Positions 20,185-30,139 of a stretch of DNA of 64,000 nt are shown here, one piece after another. A program made the position numbers and the translations under genes. Position 1 is the stretch's first letter, and each line of letters begins with the position of its first letter. The notes below the pieces were generated by a model, which was not told the origin of the DNA, did not search any database, and worked only from the letters and a program-made list of their open reading frames with translations. Origin of the DNA: an uncultured Chloroflexia bacterium (GTDB taxonomy: Bacteria > Chloroflexota > Limnocylindria > Limnocylindrales > CSP1-4); assembly GCA_963749705.1 (NCBI GenBank), contig CAVVNQ010000003.1:192001-256000 (forward strand), read 5' to 3'.

Positions 20185-22931
20185 CCGGACGCGGCGAACC
20201 GGCGGCACCGGCCGGCACGGGCCCCCGCAAGGTTGACCCGAGGGCCACCTATCGCATCCAGCTGACGCCGACCTTCACGTTCGACGACGCGGCCGGCGTG
20301 GCCCCGTACCTCGAGGCGCTGGGCATCAGCCACGTGTACGCCTCACCGTACCTGCGCGCGATGCCGGGCAGCCTGCACGGCTACGACGTCGTCGATCCGC
20401 GTCAGGTCAACCCCGAGCTCGGCGGGGCCGCGGGACACGCACGGTTCTGCGCGGCGCTCGGCAGCCACGGCCTGGGGCAGGTGCTCGACACGGTCCCGAA
20501 CCACATGGCGATCGGGCCCGAGAACCCGTGGTGGTGGGACGTGCTCGAGAACGGCCCTGCCAGCCGCTGGGCGATGACCTTCGACGTCGACTGGGCGCAC
20601 CCCGAGCCGCACCTGCGGGAGCGGGTGCTGCTGCCCGTGCTCGCGGATCACTACGGACGCGTGCTCGAGGCCGGCGACCTGCGCCTCGAGTGGGACGGGA
20701 CGCGGTTCACGATCCGCTACCACGATCAGCGGTTCCCGGCCGCACCCCGCAGCCTCGACGAGCTCCTCGCGCTCGCGGCCGAGCGCGCAGGCTCGGACGA
20801 GCTGGCCTTCCTCGCCGATGCGTTCGGAGCGCTGCCGCCGTCAACGGTGGTGGATCCGGCGGTGCGCGAGCGGCGGCACCGGGACAAGGAGGTCCTCGCC
20901 GCCCGTCTCGCCGCCCTTGCCGCGGCGGAGCCGCGGGTTGCCGAGGGCATCGATGCCGTGGTCGCGGCGACCAACGCGGACCTCGATGCGTTCGACCGCA
21001 TGCTCGAACGACAGAACTATCGCCTGGCCTGGTGGCGTGCCGCGCGCAGGGATCTCGGCTACCGGCGGTTCTTCGATGTCACCACGCTGGTCGGCCTGCG
21101 GATCGAGGACCCGCGCGTGTTCGCCGAGACCCACGCGCTCGTGCTGGAATGGCTGTCCGCAGGCGTCATCGACGGGCTCCGGATCGATCATCCGGACGGG
21201 CTGCTCGACCCGGAGGGCTATCTGCGACGGCTCCGCTGGGCCAGCCCGCGAGCGTGGATCGTGGTCGAGAAGATCCTGGAGCCGGGCGAGGACCTGCGCC
21301 GGAGCTGGCCGGTCGCGGGAACGAGCGGGTACGAGTTCCTGCGCCGGGTCAACCGCCTGCTCGTGGATCCGGCCGGCGAGGCGGGGCTCACGGCGCTCCA
21401 GGCGACGATCACGGGTGAGGATCGCCCGTTCGTCGACATCGCCAGGGAGGCGAAGCAGGCGGTGCTCGACGAGGTGCTGGGCTCGGAGCTGGGCCGGCTC
21501 ACCGCCCTGCTGCTGGATGTGCTGGAACGCCTCCGCCGCCATCGCGACCACACCCGCCATGACCTCCACGAGGCGCTTCGCGCGCTGCTCGTCGCCTTCC
21601 CCGTCTATCGGACCTACGTCCGGATCGACACGGCTGACGACGGCCGCCGGATCGCGAGCGTCGCGCCCGAGGACGAGGCGGTCGTCGCCGAGGCCGTCGA
21701 CGCCGCGAAGGGGCTGCGTCCCGACCTGCCCGAGGACCTGTTCGACATCCTCGGCGACCTGTTGCTGCTCCGGCGGCCCGGTGACGACATGGAGGAGGAG
21801 CTGGCGCTCCGCTTCCAGCAGCTGACGGGGCCGGTGATGGCGAAGGGGATCGAGGACACCGCCTTCTATCGCGACCTGCGCCTGGTATCGCTCAACGAGG
21901 TGGGTGGTGATCCGGGCGCATTCGGGATGACGCCGGCCGCGTTCCATGACGCCAACCTGTCCGCCCAGGAACGTTGGCCCCTCGCGATGCTCACGACGTC
22001 CACGCACGACACGAAGCGCAGCGAGGATGTTCGGGCGCGGCTGGCCGTCCTGTCCGAGCTCCCCGATGAGTGGTCGCGGATCGTCGGGACGTGGCGGCGC
22101 CTCGGCGATCCGTACCGGTCCGGGCCCGGCCCGGACGGCCACGCGGAGTACCTCATGTACCAGACCCTGGTGGGCGCCTGGCCGATCGGGATGGACCGGC
22201 TGGGCCCGTTCCTGGTCAAGGCGCTCCGCGAGGCCAAGCTGCGCACCTCGTGGACGAACGCCGATGAGGCGTACGAGGCCGCCGTGCTCGAATTCGCGGA
22301 CGGGCTCCTCGGCGACGAGTCGTTCACGGCGTCGCTCGACGCGTTCGTCCGGCAGCTGCTGCGCCCCGGCCGCATCAACGCCCTGGCCCAGCTGCTGCTC
22401 AAGCTCACCTCGCCCGGCGTGCCCGACATCTACCAGGGCGTGGAGATCTGGGACCACAGCCTCGTCGACCCCGACAATCGCCGGCCGGTGGACTTCGGCC
22501 TTCGCCGCCGGCTGCTCGCCGAGCTCACCGGGAAGCGGCCCCCGACCCCGGAGGCGCTCGCTCGCCGCCTTGACGATCCCGCCGAGCCGGGATCGCCCAA
22601 GCTCGCCGTGCTGCGCGCCGGGCTCGGGGTGCGAGCCAGGCTCCCGGCGGCGTTCGGGCCGGAGGCGACGTACGTTCCGCTTGCCGCGAGCGGGCCGGCG
22701 GCGGAGCACGTCGTGGCGTATGTGCGGACCGGAGCGGTGGCGGTCGTCGTGCCCCGGCTGACGCTGCGGCTCGGCGGCGCCTGGGCGGGAACCCGCCTCG
22801 CGCTGCCGGCGGGTCGCTGGCGCGACGAGATCACCGGCGTCGTGCATTCCGGCGGACGCACCCAGCCGCCCGTCGAGCAGCTGCTGGCGACCTTCCCGGT
22901 CGCGTTGCTCGTCCGCGAGTCCAGCGCCTGA
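20181..22931 (+). CDS. treY: Maltooligosyltrehalose synthase
   Basis: PRATYRIQL, HGYDVVD, YRRFFD, GLRIDHPDGL and STHDTKRSEDVRARL motifs. GTG overlaps the glgX stop. Confidence 0.95.
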
Positions 22932-24685
22932 TGAAGCCCCGCGTCTGGGCCCCGCGGCCGGACCGGGTGGAGCTGGTGCTGGTGCCCGCCGGTCCCCGGT
23001 CGGCCGGACCGCGCGTCGTTCATCCCATGGACCGGGACGCCTCGGGCTGGTGGTCGGCGGACCTGGAGGTGCCGCCGGGCGCGAACTACGGGTTCATGGT
23101 GGACGGCGCCGGGCCGTTTCCGGACCCTCGCTCCCCGCACCAGCCGTCCGGGGTTCACGGCCTGTCGCGAGCGGTGGACCACGGATCGTTCCAGTGGTCC
23201 GATCCCGGCTGGCAGCCCCGCCCGTGGGCGACCTCGGTTACCTACGAGCTGCACGTGGGCACGTTCACACCGGCCGGGACGTTCGACGGCGTGATCGATC
23301 GGCTCGACCATCTCGTCGACCTGGGCGTCACCCATGTCGAGCTGATGCCGGTGGTCGAGTTTCCGGGCGACCGCGGTTGGGGATACGACGGGGTGGACCT
23401 GTTCGCGCCCCACCATGCGTACGGAGGGCCGGAAGGGCTGAAGCGGCTCGTCGATGCGTGCCACGCACGCGGGCTCGCGGTGCTGATCGACGTGGTCTGG
23501 AACCACCTGGGCCCGGACGGCAACCACCTCGCCCGGTTCGGGCCGTACTTCAGCACCCGGTACGGCACGCCTTGGGGCGAGGCGGTCAACTTCGACGGTC
23601 CGGGCTCGGACGAGGTCCGGGCATTCGTGCTCGACAACGCCCGGATGTGGCTCCAGGACTACCACGCCGACGGGCTCCGGATCGACGCGGTGCACGAGAT
23701 CTTCGATCGCTCCGCCACGCACATCCTCGAGGCGGTGGCCGGATACGTCCACGAGCTCGGCGCCCGCCTCGGCCGCCCGCTGGTCGCGATCGCCGAGAGC
23801 GACCTCAACGATCCGCGGCTCGTCCGCGACGTCGAGCTCGGCGGGTACGGGCTCGACGCCCAGTGGAGCGACGACCTGCGCCACGCGATCCATGTCGCGC
23901 TGACGGGTGAGCGCGATGCCTACCACGCCCAGTACACCGGGGTGGCCGATGTGGCGGCGGCGCTCGAGCGCGTGTTCGTGTACGACGGACGGTACTCGGC
24001 CTTCCGGGGTCGGCGTCACGGGCGCCCGGTCGGCGCCCTGCCGGCGACCCGGTTCGTCGGGTTTCTCCAGAACCACGACCAGGTGGGCAACCGCGCGCTC
24101 GGCGAACGGATCTCGCACCTGGTTCCGCCGGAGGCGGCGATGGTCGGTGCCGCGCTGGTGCTGCTCGGTCCGTTCGTGCCGCTGCTGTTCGCCGGTGAGG
24201 AGTGGGCTGCGAGCTCGCCGTTCCAGTACTTCACGGATCACGACGACGCCAGCCTGGGCGCGGCCGTCCGCGAGGGGCGCCGGAACGAGTTCCCAGCGTT
24301 TGCCGGCAACCGGGCAGAGGTCCCCGATCCCCAGGCGGCGGCCACCTTCGAGCGCTCCCGGCTCGACTGGTCGGAGCGCGACGACCCGACGCACGCCTCG
24401 ATGCTGGCCTGGTACCGCACCCTGATCACGTTCCGCCGGGACCACCCGGAGCTTTGCGACGGATCACGGCCCACGGTCAGGGTCGAGCCGGCCGAGCGGT
24501 GGCTCGCCTTCGACCGTGGCGGGCTGCGCGTCGTCGCCAACCTTGGCCCGGAGCCGCGCGTCCTCGTGCTCGAGGCCGAAGCCTCCGCGACGATCGTGCT
24601 CGCATCGAGCCCCGATGTCCGCCTGGCCGGGGGTGGAATCCATCTGCCCGGTTGGGCCCTCGGCGTCGTCCGCGCCGGCGACTGA
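22931..24685 (+). CDS. treZ: Maltooligosyltrehalose trehalohydrolase
   Basis: YELHVGTFT, WGYDGV, LRIDAVH and QNHDQVGNR motifs; TGATG coupling to treY. Confidence 0.95.
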   Translation: MKPRVWAPRPDRVELVLVPAGPRSAGPRVVHPMDRDASGWWSADLEVPPGANYGFMVDGAGPFPDPRSPHQPSGVHGLSRAVDHGSFQWSDPGWQPRPWATSVTYELHVGTFTPAGTFDGVIDRLDHLVDLGVTHVELMPVVEFPGDRGWGYDGVDLFAPHHAYGGPEGLKRLVDACHARGLAVLIDVVWNHLGPDGNHLARFGPYFSTRYGTPWGEAVNFDGPGSDEVRAFVLDNARMWLQDYHADGLRIDAVHEIFDRSATHILEAVAGYVHELGARLGRPLVAIAESDLNDPRLVRDVELGGYGLDAQWSDDLRHAIHVALTGERDAYHAQYTGVADVAAALERVFVYDGRYSAFRGRRHGRPVGALPATRFVGFLQNHDQVGNRALGERISHLVPPEAAMVGAALVLLGPFVPLLFAGEEWAASSPFQYFTDHDDASLGAAVREGRRNEFPAFAGNRAEVPDPQAAATFERSRLDWSERDDPTHASMLAWYRTLITFRRDHPELCDGSRPTVRVEPAERWLAFDRGGLRVVANLGPEPRVLVLEAEASATIVLASSPDVRLAGGGIHLPGWALGVVRAGD

Positions 24686-24796
24686 TCCCCGCCGGGGGTT
24701 ACCCGCCACCGGTCGAGCCGGTCGCCTGGAGAAGGTCGCACGGTGACGATCGCCTGGAGCCGGCCGCGGACCGACACGCGCCGCTACCATCGCGGG

Positions 24797-25393
24797 GTGC
24801 GCCTGATCGCCTGGGAGGAGGAACGCCTCCAGATCTTCGCGGCGGCGGAGCTCGCTCGCCGTCGCCGGACCGCGGGTCTCGCCCTCAGCCATCCCGAGGC
24901 CGTGGCGCTGATCTGTGACGCGATGCTCGAGGCCGCTCGCGCGGGTGCCTCATACGCGGACGTGGAGGCCGCCGGTCGTGCGGCCGTCGAGCCTGACGAG
25001 GTGCTCGACGGCGTCCGTGAGATCCTGGACGAGGTCCGGCTCGAGGTCCTGCTGGGCGATGGGGCTCGCGTGATCGCCCTGGCCGACCCGCTCGACCGCG
25101 GTCAGGGCCCGGATCCGCTGGGGCCCGGCGCGCTGGTGATCGGCGATGCGGCCGATGTCGAGGTCAACGCCACCCGCGATGCGATCGAGCTCCCCGTGAC
25201 CAGCCGCTCCCGACGGCGGATCCGCGTGTCGTCCCACTACCCGTTCCACCGGGTCAATCCCCGGCTGGCATTCGACCGCGACATGGCGCGAGGGTTCCGG
25301 CTCGACCTGCCCGCGGGCGGCTACGTCGGCTGGGAGCCCGGGGAGACGAAGACCGTTCGCCTGGTGCGGTACGGGGGGACCGCGGGCCGGTGA
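24797..25393 (+). CDS. Divergent urease gamma/beta fusion subunit
   Basis: Gamma part: MRL..WEEERL..FAAAELARRR..GL.LSHPEAVALI. Beta part: RIRVSSHYPF..VNPRLAFDR..ARGFRLDLPAG..WEPGETKTVRLV. GTG lies 6 nt after TACCAT. Confidence 0.85.
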   Translation: MRLIAWEEERLQIFAAAELARRRRTAGLALSHPEAVALICDAMLEAARAGASYADVEAAGRAAVEPDEVLDGVREILDEVRLEVLLGDGARVIALADPLDRGQGPDPLGPGALVIGDAADVEVNATRDAIELPVTSRSRRRIRVSSHYPFHRVNPRLAFDRDMARGFRLDLPAGGYVGWEPGETKTVRLVRYGGTAGR

Positions 25394-27108
25394 CCAGGCT
25401 CTCCGCCCGGGAGTACCGGACGCGTTACGGTGCGACGACGGGCGACCGGGTCCGCCTCGGCGACACCAACCTGTGGATCCGCGTCGAGGACGACCGGACG
25501 GCGCGGGGCGACGAGCCGGTATGGGGCTACGCCAGGAACCTCCGTTCGAGAATGGCGCAGTCCGACGCGGCCGCCGGCCCCTCGGAGCTCGACATCGTGC
25601 TCACCGGAGCGCTCGTCGTGGATCCCACGCTGGGCGTCATCAAGGCTGACATCGGGATCAAGGACGGCCGCATCGCCGGGATCGGCCGATCCGGCAGCCC
25701 GGAGATCAGCGACGGCATCGACCTGCTGATCGGGCCGCACACGAAGTCGTACATGGCGTATGGCCTGATCGCGACGCCCGGGGCGGTCGACACGCACGTC
25801 CACACCATCGGGCCGGAGCTGCTTCCGCCTGCGCTGTCGGCCGGGGTCACCACCCTCATCACCGCCGGCTTCGAGGAGCCGCCGTGGGCGATGGAGCGCA
25901 CATTGGCCGCGCTCGAGGGCTGGCCGGTCAACATCGGGCTCCAGGCCGGCGCCCGCGCCGCGGAGGACAGCCATCTCGATGCGCTCGTGGCGGCCGGTGC
26001 GCTGGGCTTCAAGATCCACGAGGACAATGGCGCCTATCCGGAGTTGATCGACCACGTGCTCCGGTACGCGGACGCCAGGGACCTCACCGTCAGCCTCCAC
26101 ACGGACGGCCTGCACGAGTCGGCGGAGCTCGAGGACACGGTTGCGGCGATCGCGGGTCGCACGGTCCACGCGTACCACGTGGAAGGCTCCGGCGGCGGTC
26201 ACGTCCCGGACCTGCTGGGCCTGGTGCGGGAGCCGTCGATCATCTGCTCATCGACCACGCCCACCCTTCCCTTCGGCGCGCACACGGCGGTCGAGCACGT
26301 TCCGATGACGATGCTCAACCACGGCCTCTCGTGGGGCATCCCCGGCGACCTCGAGCTGGTCCTCGAGCGTGTGATCGAGGCGCGCACCGCCGCCGAGGGG
26401 CCGCTCCACGAGCTGGGTGCGATCTCGATCATCAACTCCGACTCGCAGGGGATGGGCCGGATCGGCGAGACGGTCCGGCGAACGTTCCAGCTCGCGCACG
26501 TGATGAAGGCGTGGCGGCGGTCACCGGCCGCGGACGGCGTACCCGGCCTGCCCGCCGATCCGGGGCTCACCGATCCCGATGACCGCGACGACACGGCACG
26601 CGTCCTGCGCTACCTGGCCAAGGTGACGATCGACCCGTCGATCACCCACGGCGTCGCCGATCACGTCGGGTCGCTGCGGCCGGGACGCATGGCGGACATC
26701 GTGCTGTGGAAGCCCGCGTTCTTCGGCGTCAAGCCGGAGTGGGTGTTCAAGGGCGGGTTTCCCGCGTGGGGGCCGCTGGGCGATGGAAACGCGTCGCTCG
26801 AGCGCGCCGAGCCGACACGTTACCGACCCGACTGGGGCGGGACATCGGGCGCCGCACCGCTGCTTGCGGCGACGTTCGTGGCCCACGATATGGACCAAGG
26901 TCCGCTTCGGAGGCGTCTGGCGACCCGTCGCGCGCTGATTCCCGCCCGTGGCGTGCGGAACCTGACGCGTGACGACCTCTGGGCGAACCGCGCTGCTGCT
27001 CCGGTGGACATCGACGTCCGCACCGGCGAGGTCTCGCTGGCCGGACGCCGGCTCGCGGTCGATCCGGTGGCCGAGGTTCCGCTCAGCCGCCGCTACCTGT
27101 TGCGCTGA
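25390..27108 (+). CDS. Divergent urease alpha-subunit-like amidohydrolase
   Basis: Collinear with UreC from GDRVRLGDT to RYLL. Metal ligands DTHVH, KIHED, SLHTD, YHVEG and NSDSQ are present. Flap MLNHGL replaces MVCHHL. Confidence 0.85.
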   Translation: MTRLSAREYRTRYGATTGDRVRLGDTNLWIRVEDDRTARGDEPVWGYARNLRSRMAQSDAAAGPSELDIVLTGALVVDPTLGVIKADIGIKDGRIAGIGRSGSPEISDGIDLLIGPHTKSYMAYGLIATPGAVDTHVHTIGPELLPPALSAGVTTLITAGFEEPPWAMERTLAALEGWPVNIGLQAGARAAEDSHLDALVAAGALGFKIHEDNGAYPELIDHVLRYADARDLTVSLHTDGLHESAELEDTVAAIAGRTVHAYHVEGSGGGHVPDLLGLVREPSIICSSTTPTLPFGAHTAVEHVPMTMLNHGLSWGIPGDLELVLERVIEARTAAEGPLHELGAISIINSDSQGMGRIGETVRRTFQLAHVMKAWRRSPAADGVPGLPADPGLTDPDDRDDTARVLRYLAKVTIDPSITHGVADHVGSLRPGRMADIVLWKPAFFGVKPEWVFKGGFPAWGPLGDGNASLERAEPTRYRPDWGGTSGAAPLLAATFVAHDMDQGPLRRRLATRRALIPARGVRNLTRDDLWANRAAAPVDIDVRTGEVSLAGRRLAVDPVAEVPLSRRYLLR

Positions 27109-27109
27109 G

Positions 27110-28162
27110 CTACCACAGGTCGCCGACCGTGAACCCGTCGGGGAACGGGTCGGACGGGTCCACGACGTAGCTCGCAAACCCGGTGATCCACGCGGTGCCC
27201 GTGATGGACGGCACGACCGCCGCTCGGCCGCCGACCTGCGTCTCCTCCACGAGGCGACCGGTGAACACCGTGTCCAGGATCCCCTCGTGCCGGAAGTCCT
27301 CGCCGATCGCGAGGCGGCCCTTCGCGTGGAGCACGGCCATCTTTGCGCAGGTTCCCGTTCCGCACGGGGACCGGTCGATGACGCCGGTCCAGGTCGACGG
27401 CCTCGACCAGTCGACCACGCCCGTGGATACCGTGGTCACGTTGCGCCACGAGTTCCGCGCGTCATGCGGCGGACCCGAGAGCTGACCGATGGTGATCCCG
27501 GCAAACCCGGGCTGATCCGGATGGACCACGGGCAGCTGCTCGGCCGCCGCCGCCTTGATCATCTCGGTGACCCGGGTGATGTCCCGTCCCTCATCGGGCA
27601 CCAGCCGGAACCCCAGCGCCTCGGCATCGGCGATCACGTAGAACATGCCGCCGTACGCGACGTCCACGGTGACGGTGCCCAGCTGGGGGACCTCGACCGG
27701 CGTGTCGAGGTGGGTGGCGAACGCCGGGACGTTGCGGAAGGTGACCCCCGTCACCTTGCCGTTGGCGCACGTCGCCCGGATGCGGATCAGCCCCGCCGGT
27801 GCCTCCAGCGTGACCTCGGTGAGCGGTTCGTGCATCTGCAGCATCCCGGTCTCGAGCAGGACCGTGGCCACGCAGATCGTGTTGGTGCCGGACATCCCCG
27901 GGTACTCGACCTGCTCCATGATCACGTACCCGGCGTCCGCCTCGGGATGGGTGGCCGGCAGGATCACGTTCGCGCACAGCGCTGGGTAGCCGCGCGGCTC
28001 GCGCAACATCAGCCGGCGCAGCTCGTCGCCGTGCTCGGCCAGGTGGCGCATCTTCTCGAACATGGTGGCACCGGGGACATCCAGCACGCCGCCCACGACA
28101 ACGCGGCCCGGCTCACCTGCTGCGTGGGCGTCGACCGCCTGGATCATCCGCGCGAGCCGCAT
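27110..28162 (-). CDS. Proline racemase family protein with a Ser/Cys dyad
   Basis: DAHAAGEP, LMLREPRG, YPGMSGTN, DVAYGG and DRSPCGTGT motifs. Confidence 0.9.
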   Translation of the reverse strand: MRLARMIQAVDAHAAGEPGRVVVGGVLDVPGATMFEKMRHLAEHGDELRRLMLREPRGYPALCANVILPATHPEADAGYVIMEQVEYPGMSGTNTICVATVLLETGMLQMHEPLTEVTLEAPAGLIRIRATCANGKVTGVTFRNVPAFATHLDTPVEVPQLGTVTVDVAYGGMFYVIADAEALGFRLVPDEGRDITRVTEMIKAAAAEQLPVVHPDQPGFAGITIGQLSGPPHDARNSWRNVTTVSTGVVDWSRPSTWTGVIDRSPCGTGTCAKMAVLHAKGRLAIGEDFRHEGILDTVFTGRLVEETQVGGRAAVVPSITGTAWITGFASYVVDPSDPFPDGFTVGDLW

Positions 28163-28290
28163 CGACCAACGTCCTTCCCTGGCGCGCCGGCGCCTCGGCC
28201 GGCTGCGGAGAGCCTACGGGAAACCGTCCCGGCGGTTGACTAGAGTGGGGCAGGCCCGACGGGCGTTCCGTCGGAAAGCCAGGAGACCGT

Positions 28291-29403
28291 ATGTTCGAGG
28301 AAGCCGTCGCGGCGCGCTTTCCGGCGCTTGCCGGCACGATCTACATGAACACCGCGACCGTCGGAGTGGGGCCGGCCGCGGCCGGCACCGCCCTTCGCGA
28401 TGCCGCAGATGCCTGGACTCGCGGCAGGTTCGACTGGCAGGAGGCGGAACGGGCAGGCGAGGACGTACGCACCCTGTTCGGGCGGCTTGTCGGGTCCAAT
28501 TCCGACTGCGTGACGCTGGTACCCGCCGCGGGCGCGGTCGCGGGCCTGGTTGCCATGCACCTGGTCCGGCGGTTCGCCCGCGGGGGCAACGTCGTGGTCG
28601 GTGCCGAGGAGTTCACCTCCAACCTGTACCCATGGCGAGCCCTCGAGGGGCGTGGGTTCGACGTGCGGATGGTGCCGTTCCGCGATGGCGCTCCCCCCGA
28701 GGCTGAGATCGCCGCTGCCGTGGACCGGGACACACGTCTGGTGGCGGCCAGCGCGGTGCAGTCGGCGACAGGGATCCGGGCAGACCTCGCCCGGCTTCGC
28801 GACGCTGCGGGCGACGCACTCCTGTTCGTCGATGCGGCGCAGGCGGCCGGATCCGTGCCGATCGACGTCGAGGCGCTGCGGATCGACGCGCTGGCGGCCC
28901 CCAGCCACAAGTTCCTGGTCGGGACACGCGGCATGGGGTACGGCGTCTTCTCGCCGGCACTCCGCGACGCGCTCCAACCGGTCTGGCCGGGCTGGAAGGC
29001 CGCGGAATCGCCGATGACAAGCTTCTACGGCCCGGACATGACGCTCTCGACCACGGCCTCTCGCCTGGACATGTCGCTCGCCTGGTTCAACGCCCTGGCG
29101 GAGCGCGAGTCGATGGGTGTCCTGCACGAGCTCGGGCCGGATCGCATTCACGCCCACGACGCCATGCTCGCCGATCGCATGCGGGAGGCCCTGCGTGGAG
29201 CGGGCGTCCCGTTCCTCGATCATGGACCCGCTCGCCGTTCCCCCATCGTGTCCTGCACGCCGGCCGCGCCCGACGCCGGCGAGCGGCTCAAGGAGGCCGG
29301 CGTGATCGCGGGCGTCAGGGCTGGCCGCGTCCGCCTTGCCCTCCACCTCTACAACACGGCGGCGCAGGTCGACCGGGTTGCGGAGCTGCTCGGTCGCCGC
29401 TAG
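28291..29403 (+). CDS. Class V aminotransferase-fold PLP enzyme
   Basis: YMNTA, EFTSN, VDAAQAAG, SHK (PLP Lys) and VRLALHLYN motifs. No obvious desulfurase Cys loop. SD AGGAG. Confidence 0.85.
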   Translation: MFEEAVAARFPALAGTIYMNTATVGVGPAAAGTALRDAADAWTRGRFDWQEAERAGEDVRTLFGRLVGSNSDCVTLVPAAGAVAGLVAMHLVRRFARGGNVVVGAEEFTSNLYPWRALEGRGFDVRMVPFRDGAPPEAEIAAAVDRDTRLVAASAVQSATGIRADLARLRDAAGDALLFVDAAQAAGSVPIDVEALRIDALAAPSHKFLVGTRGMGYGVFSPALRDALQPVWPGWKAAESPMTSFYGPDMTLSTTASRLDMSLAWFNALAERESMGVLHELGPDRIHAHDAMLADRMREALRGAGVPFLDHGPARRSPIVSCTPAAPDAGERLKEAGVIAGVRAGRVRLALHLYNTAAQVDRVAELLGRR

Positions 29404-29861
29404 CGTCGGCGGGCGTCGGCCAACTGGCGCTCCGTGTCGCGCTTCGCATCCCGTTCCTGGATCTCGCGCCTCCGATCCCAGGTCTGTTTGCCGCGGGCAA
29501 GACCGAGCTGCAGCTTCGCCTTGCCCGCATCGTTGATGTAGATCACGAGCGGGACGAGCGTCAGGCCCTTGGCCTTGGTCTTGCCCAGCAGCTCGTCGAT
29601 CTCCGAGCGATGGAGGAGCAGCTTCCGGGCGCGCTTGGGCTCGTGGTTGAAGCGCACGTCGGCGCTCTCCCACGGGGCGATGTGAAGGCCGATGATCCAC
29701 GCCTCGTCCTTCTCGATCCGCGCATACGCGTCCGCGAGGCTCACCTTGTGAGCCCTCACGCTCTTGATCTCGGTTCCCCGCAGCACGATGCCAGCCTCGA
29801 AGGTGTCCTCGATGCTGTACTCGTGGTGCGCCCTGCGGTTGCGGGCGATGGTGTCGCCCAT
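29400..29861 (-). CDS. smpB: SsrA-binding protein
   Basis: IARNRRAHHEY, EAGIVLRGTEIKS, RKLLLHRSEI and GKQTWDRR motifs; SD GAGGAG. Confidence 0.96.
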   Translation of the reverse strand: MGDTIARNRRAHHEYSIEDTFEAGIVLRGTEIKSVRAHKVSLADAYARIEKDEAWIIGLHIAPWESADVRFNHEPKRARKLLLHRSEIDELLGKTKAKGLTLVPLVIYINDAGKAKLQLGLARGKQTWDRRREIQERDAKRDTERQLADARRR

Positions 29862-29948
29862 GGATCGGCTCCTCTCGTACCCTGCCGGCGCGCGATGAGG
29901 CGCGGGGCCGAAGTGTGCCACGGGCCCGGTTCGCCGGCGGCGGACGCA

Positions 29949-29980
29949 CGAACGCCGGCCCGCACGCGGACCGGCGTTCG
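29949..29980. terminator. Strong GC-rich hairpin between the sORF element and smpB
   Basis: cgaacgccggcccgc-ac-gcggaccggcgttcg; about 14-bp stem with one G-U pair on the minus strand and no clear U-tract. Confidence 0.5.
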
Positions 29981-30011
29981 AATTGCTACCGACCACCCGT
30001 CGGGATCGACT

Positions 30012-30062
30012 CTAGGCGCCGATCTCCGCCGAGGTGGTGCAGCAACTACTACTGTCGATCAC
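30012..30062 (-). other. Candidate 16-aa sORF MIDSSSCCTTSAEIGA behind an extended Shine-Dalgarno sequence
   Basis: GAAAGGAGGTGAT (30080-30068), then GTG ATC GAC AGT AGT AGT TGC TGC ... TAG. Confidence 0.5.
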
Positions 30063-30139
30063 TGCACATCACCTCCTTTCGTTCCCGGGCACCGTACCCG
30101 ATCACCGCGAGCTGTGCAAGCGCCTGCCGGCGCGTCGGG

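Noticed and set aside
30068-30080. 16S rRNA gene fragment
   Set aside because: Only 13 nt match and the flanks are not rRNA-like; treated as an extended SD instead.
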